A stretch of 64,000 nucleotides of DNA from Octopus sinensis (Eukaryota): positions 147,436,001-147,500,000 of the forward strand of contig NC_042999.1 of NCBI RefSeq assembly GCF_006345805.1, given 5' to 3'. Below, piece after piece: positions 15,530 to 27,529 of this stretch (the stretch's first letter is position 1; every line of letters begins with the position of its first letter). Made by a program: the position numbers and the translations under genes. Under the pieces are notes generated by a model. That model saw only the letters and a program-made list of their open reading frames with translations. It made no database searches and was not told the origin of the DNA.

Positions 15530-15583
<54 letters not shown>

Positions 15584-15874
15584 AGCTGCTGCTGCTGCTA
15601 CTACTACTGCAACTGCTTATGCTGAGGCGGTGGCTAGCCTTTTACATTGATCCCAGTACTGGACTGATATTAATTCTCATCGAGTCCTAAATAGTAAAAG
15701 GCAAAGTGGACTTAAGCGTGATTTGAATACAGTGCGTAAATGCAGCGAAGCACTTCGTCAATATAAGCGAACTCGCTTATGTAGCTATTATTTGCAATGT
15801 AAGCATAAGGCCTGACATTTAATAGTGAGAAATTAATTCGTTACCTGGGTTCCTGTCCTTGACCGATACTTTAT

Positions 15875-16277
15875 ATTTTTTCTACTCTAGGCACAAGGCC
15901 AGAAATTTTGTGGGAGAAGCCCAGTCGATGAGATCGACCACAGTACGCAACTGGTACTTAATTTATCGACTCCGAAAGGGTGAAAGGCAAAGTCGACCTC
16001 GGTGGAATTTGAACCCAGAACGTTAACACGGACGAAATACCTATTTCTTTACTACCCACAAGGGGCTAAACACAGAGAGAACAAACAAGGACAGACAAAC
16101 GGATTAAGTCGATTATTATCGACCCCAGTGTGCAACTGGTACTTAGTTAATCGACCCCGAAAGGATGAAAGGTAAAGTCGACCTCGGCGGAATTTGAACA
16201 CAGAACGTTCACACGGACGAAATGCTGTCAAGCATTTTGCCGGGCGTGCTAACCTTTTCTGCCAGCTCGCCGCCTTA
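15875..16277 (-). mobile_element. Family B SINE dimer with two different tails
   Basis: Head ggcggcgagctggcag..., two gtcgactttgcctttca cores, tail A (...ccccttgtgggtagtaaagaaatagg) then tail B (...ggccttgtgcctagagtagaaaaaa). Confidence 0.9.
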
Positions 16278-16290
16278 AAGAAAAATCGTC

Positions 16291-16382
16291 TCCACGCAGA
16301 GGGACTTGAACAAGCGACCCTCAGATTTCATTACTTGACAGTTCTTAAAAGTCTCATGATCTATCCACTGAACTATGAGGGC
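16291..16382 (-). pseudogene. Intron-containing tRNA-Lys(UUU) pseudogene
   Basis: GCCCTCATAGTTCAGTGGATAGATCATGAGACTTTTA-[19-nt intron AGAACTGTCAAGTAATGAA]-ATCTGAGGGTCGCTTGTTCAAGTCCC aligns to eukaryotic tRNA-Lys-TTT. Acceptor and T stems are mismatched; TTTTT lies downstream. Confidence 0.8.
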
Positions 16383-17069
16383 TGACTTGACCGATACTTT
16401 ATTTATTAAACCCCAAACCAGGACAGGCAAACCTGCCCTCGATGACATTTGGGCTCACATTAAATAAATACAAAGTGCTTTGTCTGACGTTCTCATGGTT
16501 AATAATTGGATTATTTTCTTACAGCAGATTTAAAGTCACATTTTTGTGGAGACGAGGGGACTGATCGTCGATTACATTCAAGCTATGATATCTCGTAGTT
16601 TTTAAATGTAAAACTACTAAACGGTGCAGTGATCTAACGATTAGGCTTTTCTAAATTCTCTCATTTTACTGTTAATAATAATAGCAATTATTGATAATAG
16701 TAAATTAATAAAACATAAATATATATTGATGAACATTAAATATTTAATGTTCTTAATATATTTTATTAAAATATGCTCATAGAAGATTATTAATATATGA
16801 AAGAGTTAAAATGTTAAGCAGGATATATTAGATGTGAAAATAACCTGAAATAAATAAAATGAAATGCCATCTATTTATATCCTTATTCTTTTCCAATCAC
16901 TTTCTTTCTATCTGTCTCTCTTTACCGTTTCTTTCTCTTAGCATCCTATCTAATTAATTGACAATATCGATAATGTAAACCAAAATTTATAGACGTAATT
17001 ACCAACATTCTTATATTTTTTATGATTATTTACGTCAGTCTCTCTCAGCCGGAGTCCATATTAACACTT

Positions 17070-17429
17070 TGGCGGCCCCAAAGTCCATCCCCTCCTCACC
17101 GTGGTGGGAACGCTGGTAGTGTCAGAGCTATGCCGTCGGGAACTTCGGTTCCTGGTAGGGCCACCCAAGGCGGATTGGTCTGACACCGAGTGGTATTAGG
17201 GCCACAACCCGGCAGATGGGGCTCTGGTGGAAAACCTCGGAGTGTGTGTTTCGGCTCCTCGGTCGTTCTGTCCCTGCGTCTGCGGACAATCTCCGGCAAA
17301 CAAGATGTCTCTACATGCGGGATTGTTGGGCACTGCTTGTGAAATCCACTTATTCCCACGAAACTTCTTCCAATGAAGAAGGCGATTCAACCCGCCCAGG
17401 GTGAATGTCGCCACAAGTACCAAGTAAGT
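17070..17429 (+). mobile_element. Non-autonomous bipartite RTE-derived element (RTE 5'UTR/Ceph-domain-like part plus RTE 3' end)
   Basis: 12-bp TSD atattaacactt (17058-17069 and 17430-17441); GC-rich; gagctatgc...ggtagggccacccaaggc motif of RTE 5'UTRs; 3' hairpin and (c)aagta tail. Confidence 0.75.
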
Positions 17430-18313
17430 ATATTAACACTTGGGGTTCCATGTAAGGTTTTGTGGTTAAAATGTATCTGCCTCAAATTGGTTATACTTCT
17501 AAAATAGACAAATATTTTCATTTCCTTAACTTTCTAATAACATTTAATTATTATAGGAGACTTTAAATATCAAAAGTCTCTGCTGGTTCAGCAGAGTAAA
17601 TCAGAGCGCAAGAGGGTCGATACGTAAAAAAATAGTTAAGAAACACTGATTTAGACTATTCTATGTTTTAAGTCATTCACGATTTCAAAGATAAGAGGTT
17701 TAAGATAAATATAGCCACTGTTTGTAGCTCTTCCGCTGGTTTCACAAAATTTCATTTGTATATCAAGATATATCTTTATCTACCTACATATCCAACTCTT
17801 TCAGTATCCTCTCCCTCTACGTCGTTCTGTCTCTATATTTCTCAACGTACACAGAAATATATATTTACTCACAAACACACGCTTAGACACCCATATGCAA
17901 GCGTTGATATTATCAAATGTGGCTTAAAAAGTTACAGAAGCTTAGCGAGTGTGATGTCTCTGGATTGAGTCTCTACTGTCGATATAATTGTTCATAAAAC
18001 CGTACAAAAGTTGGCAACTTACTTATCTTATCGCCAATTTTAATCAACCAGAATATAACATTTTCCGCTCTTTACCTCACGCTACATTCCACTCAGATGC
18101 AAAATAATAGAAACAGTAAATAAATAAGTAAAAACGGGAAAAAACTAAAAAACAAAGAAACTTGCAATCTTATTCGTTTTGCTACATACGTCATTGATTG
18201 TCAGAAAAACGCTGTCTGAAATTCGAGACGATGCTAATTAAAACTTGAAGTATTAGCATACTACTACTACTGCTGCTGCTACTACTACTACTATACTACT
18301 ACTACTACTACTA

Positions 18314-18352
<39 letters not shown>

Positions 18353-18373
18353 AGCAAGAATATATATATATAT

Positions 18374-18412
<39 letters not shown>

Positions 18413-18620
18413 TATATAAATATATATTTAGGTATATGCATATGCATATGTATATATATATATATATACATAAAGAGAGAGAGAGAGAGAGAGAAACAGA
18501 AGAAGAGGATTGAATATATAATATATAAATATGAAGAGAGCAGGGGGAAAAAGAGAGACATATTGTGCATTTCTATCTATTTAACTCTATCTCTCTCAGT
18601 CTCTATCTCTATCTATCTAT

Positions 18621-18696
<76 letters not shown>

Positions 18697-19080
18697 TAGA
18701 GAGTGTGTATTAGAAAAGCAAAATTTAATAAATATCTCAATTAGTTTAAATAACTATAGCGACAATGTTTCGAGTATATCGAAACATTGTCTCTGAGGGA
18801 GACAAGGCCAAAAATCGGCGCACAGTAGGTGGTCTTATATATTCAATCTATTCTAAATGTTGGTGTTATATATTAGAAGTTATTGAGGCGTTTCGAACAC
18901 GCCTCCGCAAACTAATTACATAGGATGTATATTCGATTCTGTGTTAAAAGTGAGTTCGCTCTAATTATAAGTTTGTGCCATTGAGAAGGCCAATATCATA
19001 GAAATCCACATTGGTTTAAATAAAGTTTTATTTATGTAATCTGTGTATAGTGGATATACATGCATATAAATGTATACATT

Positions 19081-19117
<37 letters not shown>

Positions 19118-19192
19118 TATATATATACGTATATGTATATATATATATATATATGAATATATATATTATATATATATACGTATATATATATA

Positions 19193-19270
<78 letters not shown>

Positions 19271-19420
19271 TATTATAAAGCAATAGAGATTCAAGTCAAT
19301 TTTAATGAATTTACTTGAATATGGTACCTAACTTAGATGCACCAAAAAACTATACGGTTTTAACAATACAGTAATGTGGGGTGATTATAAGCGAGAAAGA
19401 AGCAACAAGAATGGATAAGT

Positions 19421-19511
19421 TTTTAGTACAATCGTTTCATACAAAGACAGGCTTTATTAAAAGTTGCAAAAATTGCAGCATATAAACGTGTCCCGTACTC
19501 ATCAGCTAAAA
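19421..19511 (-). ncRNA. Type I hammerhead ribozyme (3' pLTR copy)
   Basis: Reverse complement of 23477-23567. Confidence 0.85.
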
Positions 19512-21002
19512 TACATGTGAGTTCTCTAGACATCTTAGTGGTTGAGGCTATACTCATGAAGTAAGTAATGTAGAATTAAGTAACATAAACAGATTTCCAA
19601 AGCTCATTAAAGTTCTTTAAAGATGATGTACAGTCTTATCACAGATTTTAAAAAAAGTTTTAATAGCATCACAGAGAAGGTGACTTAATCCATAGTGTAC
19701 ATATGAATTTCCAGAGATATGAGGAGGGATTACATACTCACAGACGACAAATTTATCCATGGCTAATCACAACGAGGTGGGTATCAATTCCTGCTTATTA
19801 GCATTACAGAGAGGGTGAATTAATCCTTTGTATAGGTGCACAATTTCCAATGGTGTAGATGTAAATTTCCAGAGAAATGAAGAGGAATTTCATATTCACA
19901 GACGATAAATTTATCAATGGTTGAACACAATGAGGTAGATATCAATTCTTGCTATATGATTAGGTATTTGCCACATTAATCACATTACTGCTATTTTCAA
20001 GAGACTGTAGCTATTTAACTTTTAAAGGCTGAAGGGCTTTCTAGAGAGGCAAAGAACAGAAAGGGAAGGAAAGAGAGGAAAAGAGAGAAAATAAAGGAGG
20101 AGGGAGCAAAAAAGGGGGGGGAGACTAAAAGAGAAGAGAAAAGGAAAAAGAAAAAAAGAAAAAAGAGAATAAGAAGAAGAAAAAGAAAAAAGAGAAAAGA
20201 GAAAGAAAAGAAAGAGGAAAAGAAGGGAGAAAAGAAAAAAAAGAAAAAGAGGGTTCTAGTTATACAGAAGAATTAGTAGACGGCAAGTCTGGTTTTAATT
20301 TGCAGGCATCTAGGAACTAGAGGAGAATATTATTCCTTGACCAGTAAAACAGCTAAATTATTGCTAACGTGACGCCGTTGAAAGCAGCTATGAATTTAAA
20401 GAGAATCTAAAGAGATAACAAGGTCAGGGGTATAGGGGTCAAAGGCTAAAATCAAAAGAAAATACTTTAGGAAAATCTAAGTATAATCTTATCAAAAAGT
20501 CATTAAAATTTATTTATTTAATTTATTCGTTTTACTGTCTTAAGGAGTTGCCGTTATTATTCATACATTGACGGACTACAGGTCAAATCTTAGAAGATCA
20601 TTTACAAGGTGTTAGGGAATTGTCTATCATAATGAAGATATTCATACTATCATCGAGGGAGTAGCCTTATTTATTTAATTTTGAAATAGAATTATGAGGC
20701 TTTAGTAACTTATTATATTTTATTAAAGTTATGTTACTTAAATTAGATTAAGTTAAGAATTAAAAATTAAAAATTAAAATTAAGATTTAAAATTAAGATT
20801 TAAAATTATGAATTTGAAATTAAATAAAGCTTCAATTAAGCAGCGTATAAGTACTATTTATTTCCCTGCTCTCAAAAAACTGGTGCAGATATAAGGAAAA
20901 GATAACTGTAGTGTGAGAACTCTTAGTTATCTACTTAAAGCAGTGCTATACTAGTAAAAATCAAGTTATATCTATCTATCTATCTAGTTACGAATATTCT
21001 AA

Positions 21003-22630
21003 TCATTTAAAATATTTTAAAGTCTTCAATTTAGCGTGGACACAAACTTGACCTAGTTCGATATGGTTATTCAATAAGTTTCTATGTTTTCTATGCTTTA
21101 GAATTTCATACGTCTCCATGGAGCATAGGTGGCAAACCAACCCTGCTATTTTTATACGGAATTGCTCTCCTAACTATTTCCCAATTAAGGTTATAATTAT
21201 TGTTATTATTTTTGAGTTCCCAGATTTTGTTTGAAAGTGTGGTGGTACCAGCTTTATGACGTAATTTAAAAGACGAGGTGGTTTTCTAACTCTAGCTAGA
21301 AAATTAATTGTACATCCAATGTAAAAATATTTGTTATTCTCCGTGGATATGGTACATTTATAGATTACGTTATTTTCCCCGCATAGACCAGGTGCCGGGC
21401 ATTTTGATTTTATTCTACACTTACACACAGGAGGAACAACTTCAGGTTTTGGATTATTCTTGGGTAGATGTCTTATGTTCCTATTATTTTGATTATCATG
21501 AGTATAATTGTCCTTATTGTTATTAATAGTTTTATAGTTGGTGCTGATATCTAAAGTATTGCTATTATTTATTGATCCTTCTGTTTCATCTTTTAGGTCT
21601 AAAGTCCTACCATGATTTTTTTTTATTATTGGTAATGTTACTATTATTGTTAGTCTTTTTATCCGACTGCATATTGTTGTTATAGATATCACTGATATTT
21701 TCATTCTCTGTATTTTCTCCATTAGCCTTATTTCTATTATTTCTATTATTAACATTATTACTTCTATTAATATCGGTATTGTTACTATTACTATTAATGT
21801 TAATGTTATTAGTCATTCTGTGGTTACTAATTTCACCCATGTTTTGATAGTTACTATTGCTGTTTTTATTGTTGGTAGTATTATTATAATTGCTATTGGT
21901 ATTCATGCTGATATTATTATTTTTATTTCTATCTTACCTGGCTAGTTTAATGTTGTTATTATTAATCTTAGCTATTAAAGTGGACATATTTGGGAGGGTT
22001 GAATAAGAAATCCTAACTGTTTTCCTAGAAATAATTCTATGATATCTATGAGAGATTGGGAAATTTTTTCTAGAATTACTTTGAATTTGTTCTGTATATC
22101 CGATTGTATCGCACAGTTGAAAGGAATATTCAGCCATAATATATCTTTTTTATTAAATTTCCTTGAACTAGAATTAGGGTTCGTAGAATTATTACTATTC
22201 ATCTCACCAGAGTTATTGTATTTATTACCATTATTTTTATTTTTATTTTTATTTTTATTTGTGTGCATCTTTGGTTTATCTACTTCGATATTATCCGAGT
22301 TACCTATGTTTTGGTCAATGCTTCTATTTGAATTGTTGGGCCTGTACGTTAGATTAGCGTTTACCGTTAATTTAATTCTACTTTTATTTCGGGCTTGGTC
22401 TGTATTGCTGCTTACGTGATTACTGATAACTTCTTTATTAGGAATACGTAAGTTTTCTTTATCAACGAATGTAATCTTTTGGTTGTATCCAGCCTTAGTT
22501 AACGCCGCATTATAATGCTCAGAATGGGAGTTAAATATATCCTTATTGGATGATAATTTTGAAATTCTTAATGAAATATTTCTTACTAAAGATTCAATTA
22601 TATTTGGGGGATGATTTGATAAAAATATAA
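21003..22630 (-). pseudogene. Frameshifted PLE ORF: RT thumb, Asn-rich linker, CxCx5Cx5C finger and GIY-YIG endonuclease
   Basis: Across frames: SNHPPNIIESLVRNISLRISKLSS; ILWLNIPFN; ISYSTLPNM; CKCRIKSKCPAPGLC; NVIYKC..YFYIGCT; TTLSNKIWELK..NWEI; CHLCSME; LLN..E...CVH; TGA stop at 21003-21005. Confidence 0.88.
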
Positions 22631-23476
22631 TTAGCAATAAATTAGCTGTTTTACTGGTCAAGGAATAATATTCTCCTCTAGTTCCTAGATGCCTGCAAAT
22701 TAAAACCAGACTTGCCGTCTACTAATTCTTCTGTATAACTAGAACCTCCTTTTTTCTTTTTTCTTTTCTCCTTTCTTTCCCTCTTTCTTTTCTTTCTCTT
22801 TTCTCTTTTTTCTTTTTCTTCTTCTTATTCTCTTTTTTCTTTTTTTCTTTTTCCTTTCTCTTCTCTTTAGTCTCCCCCCCCTTTTTGCTCCTCCTCCTTT
22901 ATTTTCTCTCTTTTCCTCTCTTTCCTTCCCTTCTGTTCTTTGCCTCTCTAGAAAGCCCTTCAGCCTTTAAAAGTTAAATAGCTACAGTCTCTTGAAAATA
23001 GCAGTAATGTGATTAATGTGGCAAATACCTAATCATATAGCAAGAATTGATATCTACCTCATTGTGTTCAACCATTGATAAATTATCGTCTGTGAATATG
23101 AAATTCCTCTTCATTTCTCTGGAAATTTACATCTACACCATTGGAAATTGTGCACCTATCAAAGGATTAATTCACCCTCTCTGTAATGCTAATAAGCAGG
23201 AATTGATACCCACCTCGTTGTGATTAGCCATGGATAAATTTGTCGTCTGTGAGTATGTAATCCCTCCTCATATCTCTGGAAATTCATATGTACACTATGG
23301 ATTAAGTCACCTTCTCTGTGATGCTATTAAAACTTTTTTTAAAATCTGTGATAAGACTGTACATCATCTTTAAAGAACTTTAATGAGCTTTGGAAATCTG
23401 TTTATGTTACTTAATTATCTACATTACTTCATGAGTATAGCCTCAACCACTAAGATGTCTAGAGAACTCACATGTA

Positions 23477-23567
23477 TTTTAGCTGATGAGTACGGGACAC
23501 GTTTATATGCTGCAATTTTTGCAACTTTTAATAAAGCCTGTCTTTGTATGAAACGATTGTACTAAAA
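23477..23567 (+). ncRNA. Type I hammerhead ribozyme (inverted pLTR copy)
   Basis: ttttag-CTGATGA-gtacgggaca...tgtctttgtat-GAAA-CGATTG-TA-ctaaaa: perfect 6-bp stem I, intact core, GUA cleavage triplet (after 23561). Confidence 0.85.
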
Positions 23568-23820
23568 ACTTATCCATTCTTGTTGCTTCTTTCTCTCGTA
23601 TATATATATTTATATATATATATATATATATATGAATATATATTATATTAAATTAGAGATAAAACCACTATTAGGCAAATGAAACAGTGAAAATCATAAA
23701 CCAATACATAGAAATAAAATTAATTAATAAAAAATATAAAATAAAATTCAAAATTTAAAATATTTAAATTAAAGTAAAAATTTTAAAATTATTTAATATA
23801 TATATATATTATATTATTAT

Positions 23821-23853
<33 letters not shown>

Positions 23854-23857
23854 GAAC

Positions 23858-23940
23858 GTTCCACATATTAGAGGAGGTTCTTCGTAATAACAGTGTAGCA
23901 CAAAAAAGCGCTGCATCACTGATCTGAAACAAGAAAAAAA
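23858..23940 (+). mobile_element. Extreme 3' end of the CR1/L2-like LINE family also seen at 25178
   Basis: ccacatattagaggaggttcttcgtaataacagtgtagca is identical to 26018-26057; embedded in (TA)n. Confidence 0.85.
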
Positions 23941-24034
23941 TATATATACATATATATATGCATATATATATACATATATGAATATATATATATATGAATA
24001 TATATATATATATGAATATATATATATATATATA

Positions 24035-24131
<97 letters not shown>

Positions 24132-24220
24132 ATATATATATATGAATATATATATATATATATATATATATGTCCCGCCACTTGCACGTTTATCTCACGA
24201 GCAAACTGTTCGGTAGATCG

Positions 24221-24274
<54 letters not shown>

Positions 24275-25089
24275 ATCCATCGCCAGATAGTGGTTCACCT
24301 ATTGCGGTTTGATATGTAAGCATATGAAGATGCCGCCGTGGCGTTGTTTTGCATTCATAATAAAAGAGATATGTATACCTTATAAATGTTTTTTTTAATA
24401 TACAGCACAGTACTTAGCAGATTTTTACCTATCACGGGTATTACGTTCCAAAAACCCCCGCGATAGTCGAGTTCATAAACATACATATATATATATATAT
24501 ATCGTCAATTTTGATGGGATCGCACTAGTTGGAGGAAAGGCAACATGGAAGGATTGTGGAGAGGTTAAAAAAATAAAGAGTGAAAATGATCATGGTACTA
24601 CTCCAGCATGACCACATCCAACTGGCTGCAACAGTTGTACAAGACATTCCAGACTGACCGCAGCTCAGCCTAGCACCACTCCCAGTAGGAGCCACACAAT
24701 CTGGATTTTGAGACCTAGAATGCCTAGTGAGTCATCCGGCCGGCGCACAGATTTGCTACATGAGTTGTATAAGAGATCCCGCTGGATAACCCATTAGTAG
24801 CTTAAGACACCTCAGTAAACATGCTTGTGGTCGAATAGGCTTGCCTTTAAGCGCAGATATAATCGGACAGGTCACATGAATGAGATTCTTTCTTGCCCTT
24901 CACTGAAAGAGGGGTTTACATCCTCCAGACGTTGCAAGCAGGTTTCAGCTCAGTGTATGCAAGACTGTTATTTTCATATTTTTTAACCAGAAGAAATTAG
25001 GTCCCTATCTTTGTCGGACGATATATATATCTATGTGTGTAGGTATGTATGTATACATGTATGTATGTATGCATGATATATGTGTAAAG

Positions 25090-25176
<87 letters not shown>

Positions 25177-25177
25177 G

Positions 25178-26112
25178 TTGCACACCTACAGCAGGAGTTG
25201 GACTCAATCTACAGATGGGCTGAGGATAATAATATGCAGTTTAATGCTGAAAATGTCCAGGCCCTGCGCTACCAGCATCCAAAACTGAATATTAAACTTA
25301 CAGGATACACCGGCCCACAGGGAATTTCAATCCCAGAGCCTAAGTCTGTGAGGGACCTGGGTATCGACATGAGTGATGATACCTCTTTCCAAGTGCACAT
25401 TACCAGGATGGCGACAAAGTGCAGACGACTGGCTGGATGGATCCTAAGAATATTCAGAACTAGAGATAAGGAAACCATGCTGGTCCTCTGGCGGACATTC
25501 GTCCTCAGCCGCCTGGATTACTGCTCACAACTATGGTCACCCACCAGTGTAAAATTAACAGCGGACCTTGAAGAAATCCAGAGAAGATTCACAAAGAAGA
25601 TCATCTCTTTGCAACAGCTCAGCTACTGGGAAAGGTTGAAACAGCTAAGACTCTACTCCCTAGAGAGAAGACGGGAGAGGTATGCAGTAATATATGTCTG
25701 GAAGATCCTGGAAGAAATTGTGCCAAATTTTGGCATTGTAAGCTACACCAATGCTAGAACGGGACGACACTGCATAGTGCCAAATATCCCAGCAATGCCA
25801 TCACGCTTCAGGACCAGCTTCTGCAACAGCCTGGGTTTCAAGGGCCCACAGCCTTTTAATATTCTCCCAAAGAGTCTGAGGAACTTGCACAAAGTAGATG
25901 TTGCAGTTTTTTTATCAAAGCTGGACATATTCTTGTCGAGAGTCCCAGATGAACCTACCCCACGGCAAGAGGTGCAAATGAGAGTAGCTATGTCAAACTC
26001 CATCCTTCACCAAGTGCCACATATTAGAGGAGGTTCTTCGTAATAACAGTGTAGCATAAAACGGCGGTGCATCAGCATGGCTACAGATCTAAGCTGAAAC
26101 AATAAAAAAAAA
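25178..26112 (+). mobile_element. 5'-truncated CR1/L2-group LINE (RT C-terminus and 3'UTR)
   Basis: Open frame [20 protein letters not shown]...VRDLGI...SRLDYCSQLWSP...LSYWERLKQLRLYSLERRRER to the stop at 26043; short UTR and A tail. Confidence 0.9.
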
Positions 26113-26282
26113 TGTTTATGCATGTATAACATTTTGTGATTTTCAAGTGTTTTCACATCTAGTGTAAATTTGGGAGCCGTGCTCTGGGCGCTATGTCACA
26201 ACGTAGCGGTGAAGAGACAAAAAACATCCATCAATTACGATCAGTAACGTCTACAACACTAGCGCTGGTATTAATTCGTTAA

Positions 26283-26325
<43 letters not shown>

Positions 26326-26493
26326 GAGTAAATGTGCTACGCAGTGTTTGCGCAATCGCAATTTAGGTTCATTGAAATATGTTTGTCAAATAAATATTGC
26401 AACTGCATATTAACCTTTAGCACTTGAGATATGTGACAAACATTTTTCAACTAACCTAAATTACATAAATAGATACATACATACATACATACA

Positions 26494-26586
<93 letters not shown>

Positions 26587-26711
26587 ATCAAGTGACCGAC
26601 CAGGCTATCAGATGTTGCTACACATCGCAGGTCACAATGCGCTTTGCATTGTTTTAGTCATCAAGTGACGCGACCCCGCTGGCTAAGCGAACAGGCCATA
26701 TATATATATAT

Positions 26712-26759
<48 letters not shown>

Positions 26760-26777
26760 ATATATGTGTGTGTGTGT

Positions 26778-26816
<39 letters not shown>

Positions 26817-26979
26817 TGTGTATAAGTATAAGGAGAAGGAATTTAGGCAAGTCGATATACACAATATATTAAATACATTTAATACAATAAATATACATGT
26901 GTATATATATAAAAGAAGTCCAACTTACACGGAATAGAAATGTTATCAGGAATTAAGGGGTTGGGTAAGTGTTTTACGA

Positions 26980-27060
26980 GTCAAACAACTGTTTCTGAGG
27001 GATTGGTAATCGAAAATATCGATTCCATCACCGCATAACACCAGCCTCCGTCTTCAGAGA
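26980..27060 (-). ncRNA. Degenerate type I hammerhead ribozyme in a PLE end
   Basis: Minus strand tct-CTGAAGA-cggagg...cctca-GAAA-CAGTTG-TT-tga; near-palindromic stem III; mismatches at the bases of stems I and II. Confidence 0.55.
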
Positions 27061-27529
27061 AGAATTTTACATTTGTGTTGTTGACAGAATTAAAACTCTA
27101 TTCTGTCATCACTCAAGGTCATCAGTGTCACTAGGGTTCGTCACTGATTTCACATAAGACGCAGGCCCGCTCGAAGAAGTTCACGTTTTTCCGCTTTATT
27201 TCAAGCCCCAAATGGCTTTTTTTTAAATCTCGCACTATGCCATTCTCCATTTCTAAGTTGAGGGTAAAAATTAAGCTGTCCCGCAAAACACAACTCATCT
27301 TTACACAAAGTGGCACCGAATAAAAGCAATCTAATAACGGCAGTGGAGTGCACAGCAAACATCAGCGATCTGACTATTGCCTATACTGTTGACAAGAGGT
27401 ACCAGTTAGTCTTTTACACTTACCAGCCTGGTTAATATTAGCCCGAGTTCCTGGTTAAATTTTCGTTCTTTTTGTAGAACGGAAGTTTTTCATAGATTGG
27501 AATTTAAACCCTAATCTCAATAGAAATTT

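Larger units (their letters stand above)
19280..23598 (-). mobile_element. 5'-truncated Naiad-type Penelope-like element with inverted pLTR
   Basis: 19392-20367 and 22631-23598 are near-identical inverted repeats; RT-thumb and GIY-YIG coding remnants lie between them; both ends abut (TA)n. Confidence 0.9.

Noticed and set aside
17070-17140. HDV-like ribozyme at the 5' end of the RTE derivative (ccc-tcctc...ggg)
   Set aside because: I could not build a full P1, P2 and J4/2; only partial pairing
17190-17235. gtggtattagggccac resembles pistol ribozyme P1
   Set aside because: Lacks the AAA linker, P2/P3 and the GU cleavage junction; the pseudoknot would be mostly wobble pairs
21381-21426. Selenocysteine recoding, known for some Naiad elements
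   Set aside because: All four finger cysteines are TGT/TGC and there is no in-frame TGA at the conserved Cys positions I could read
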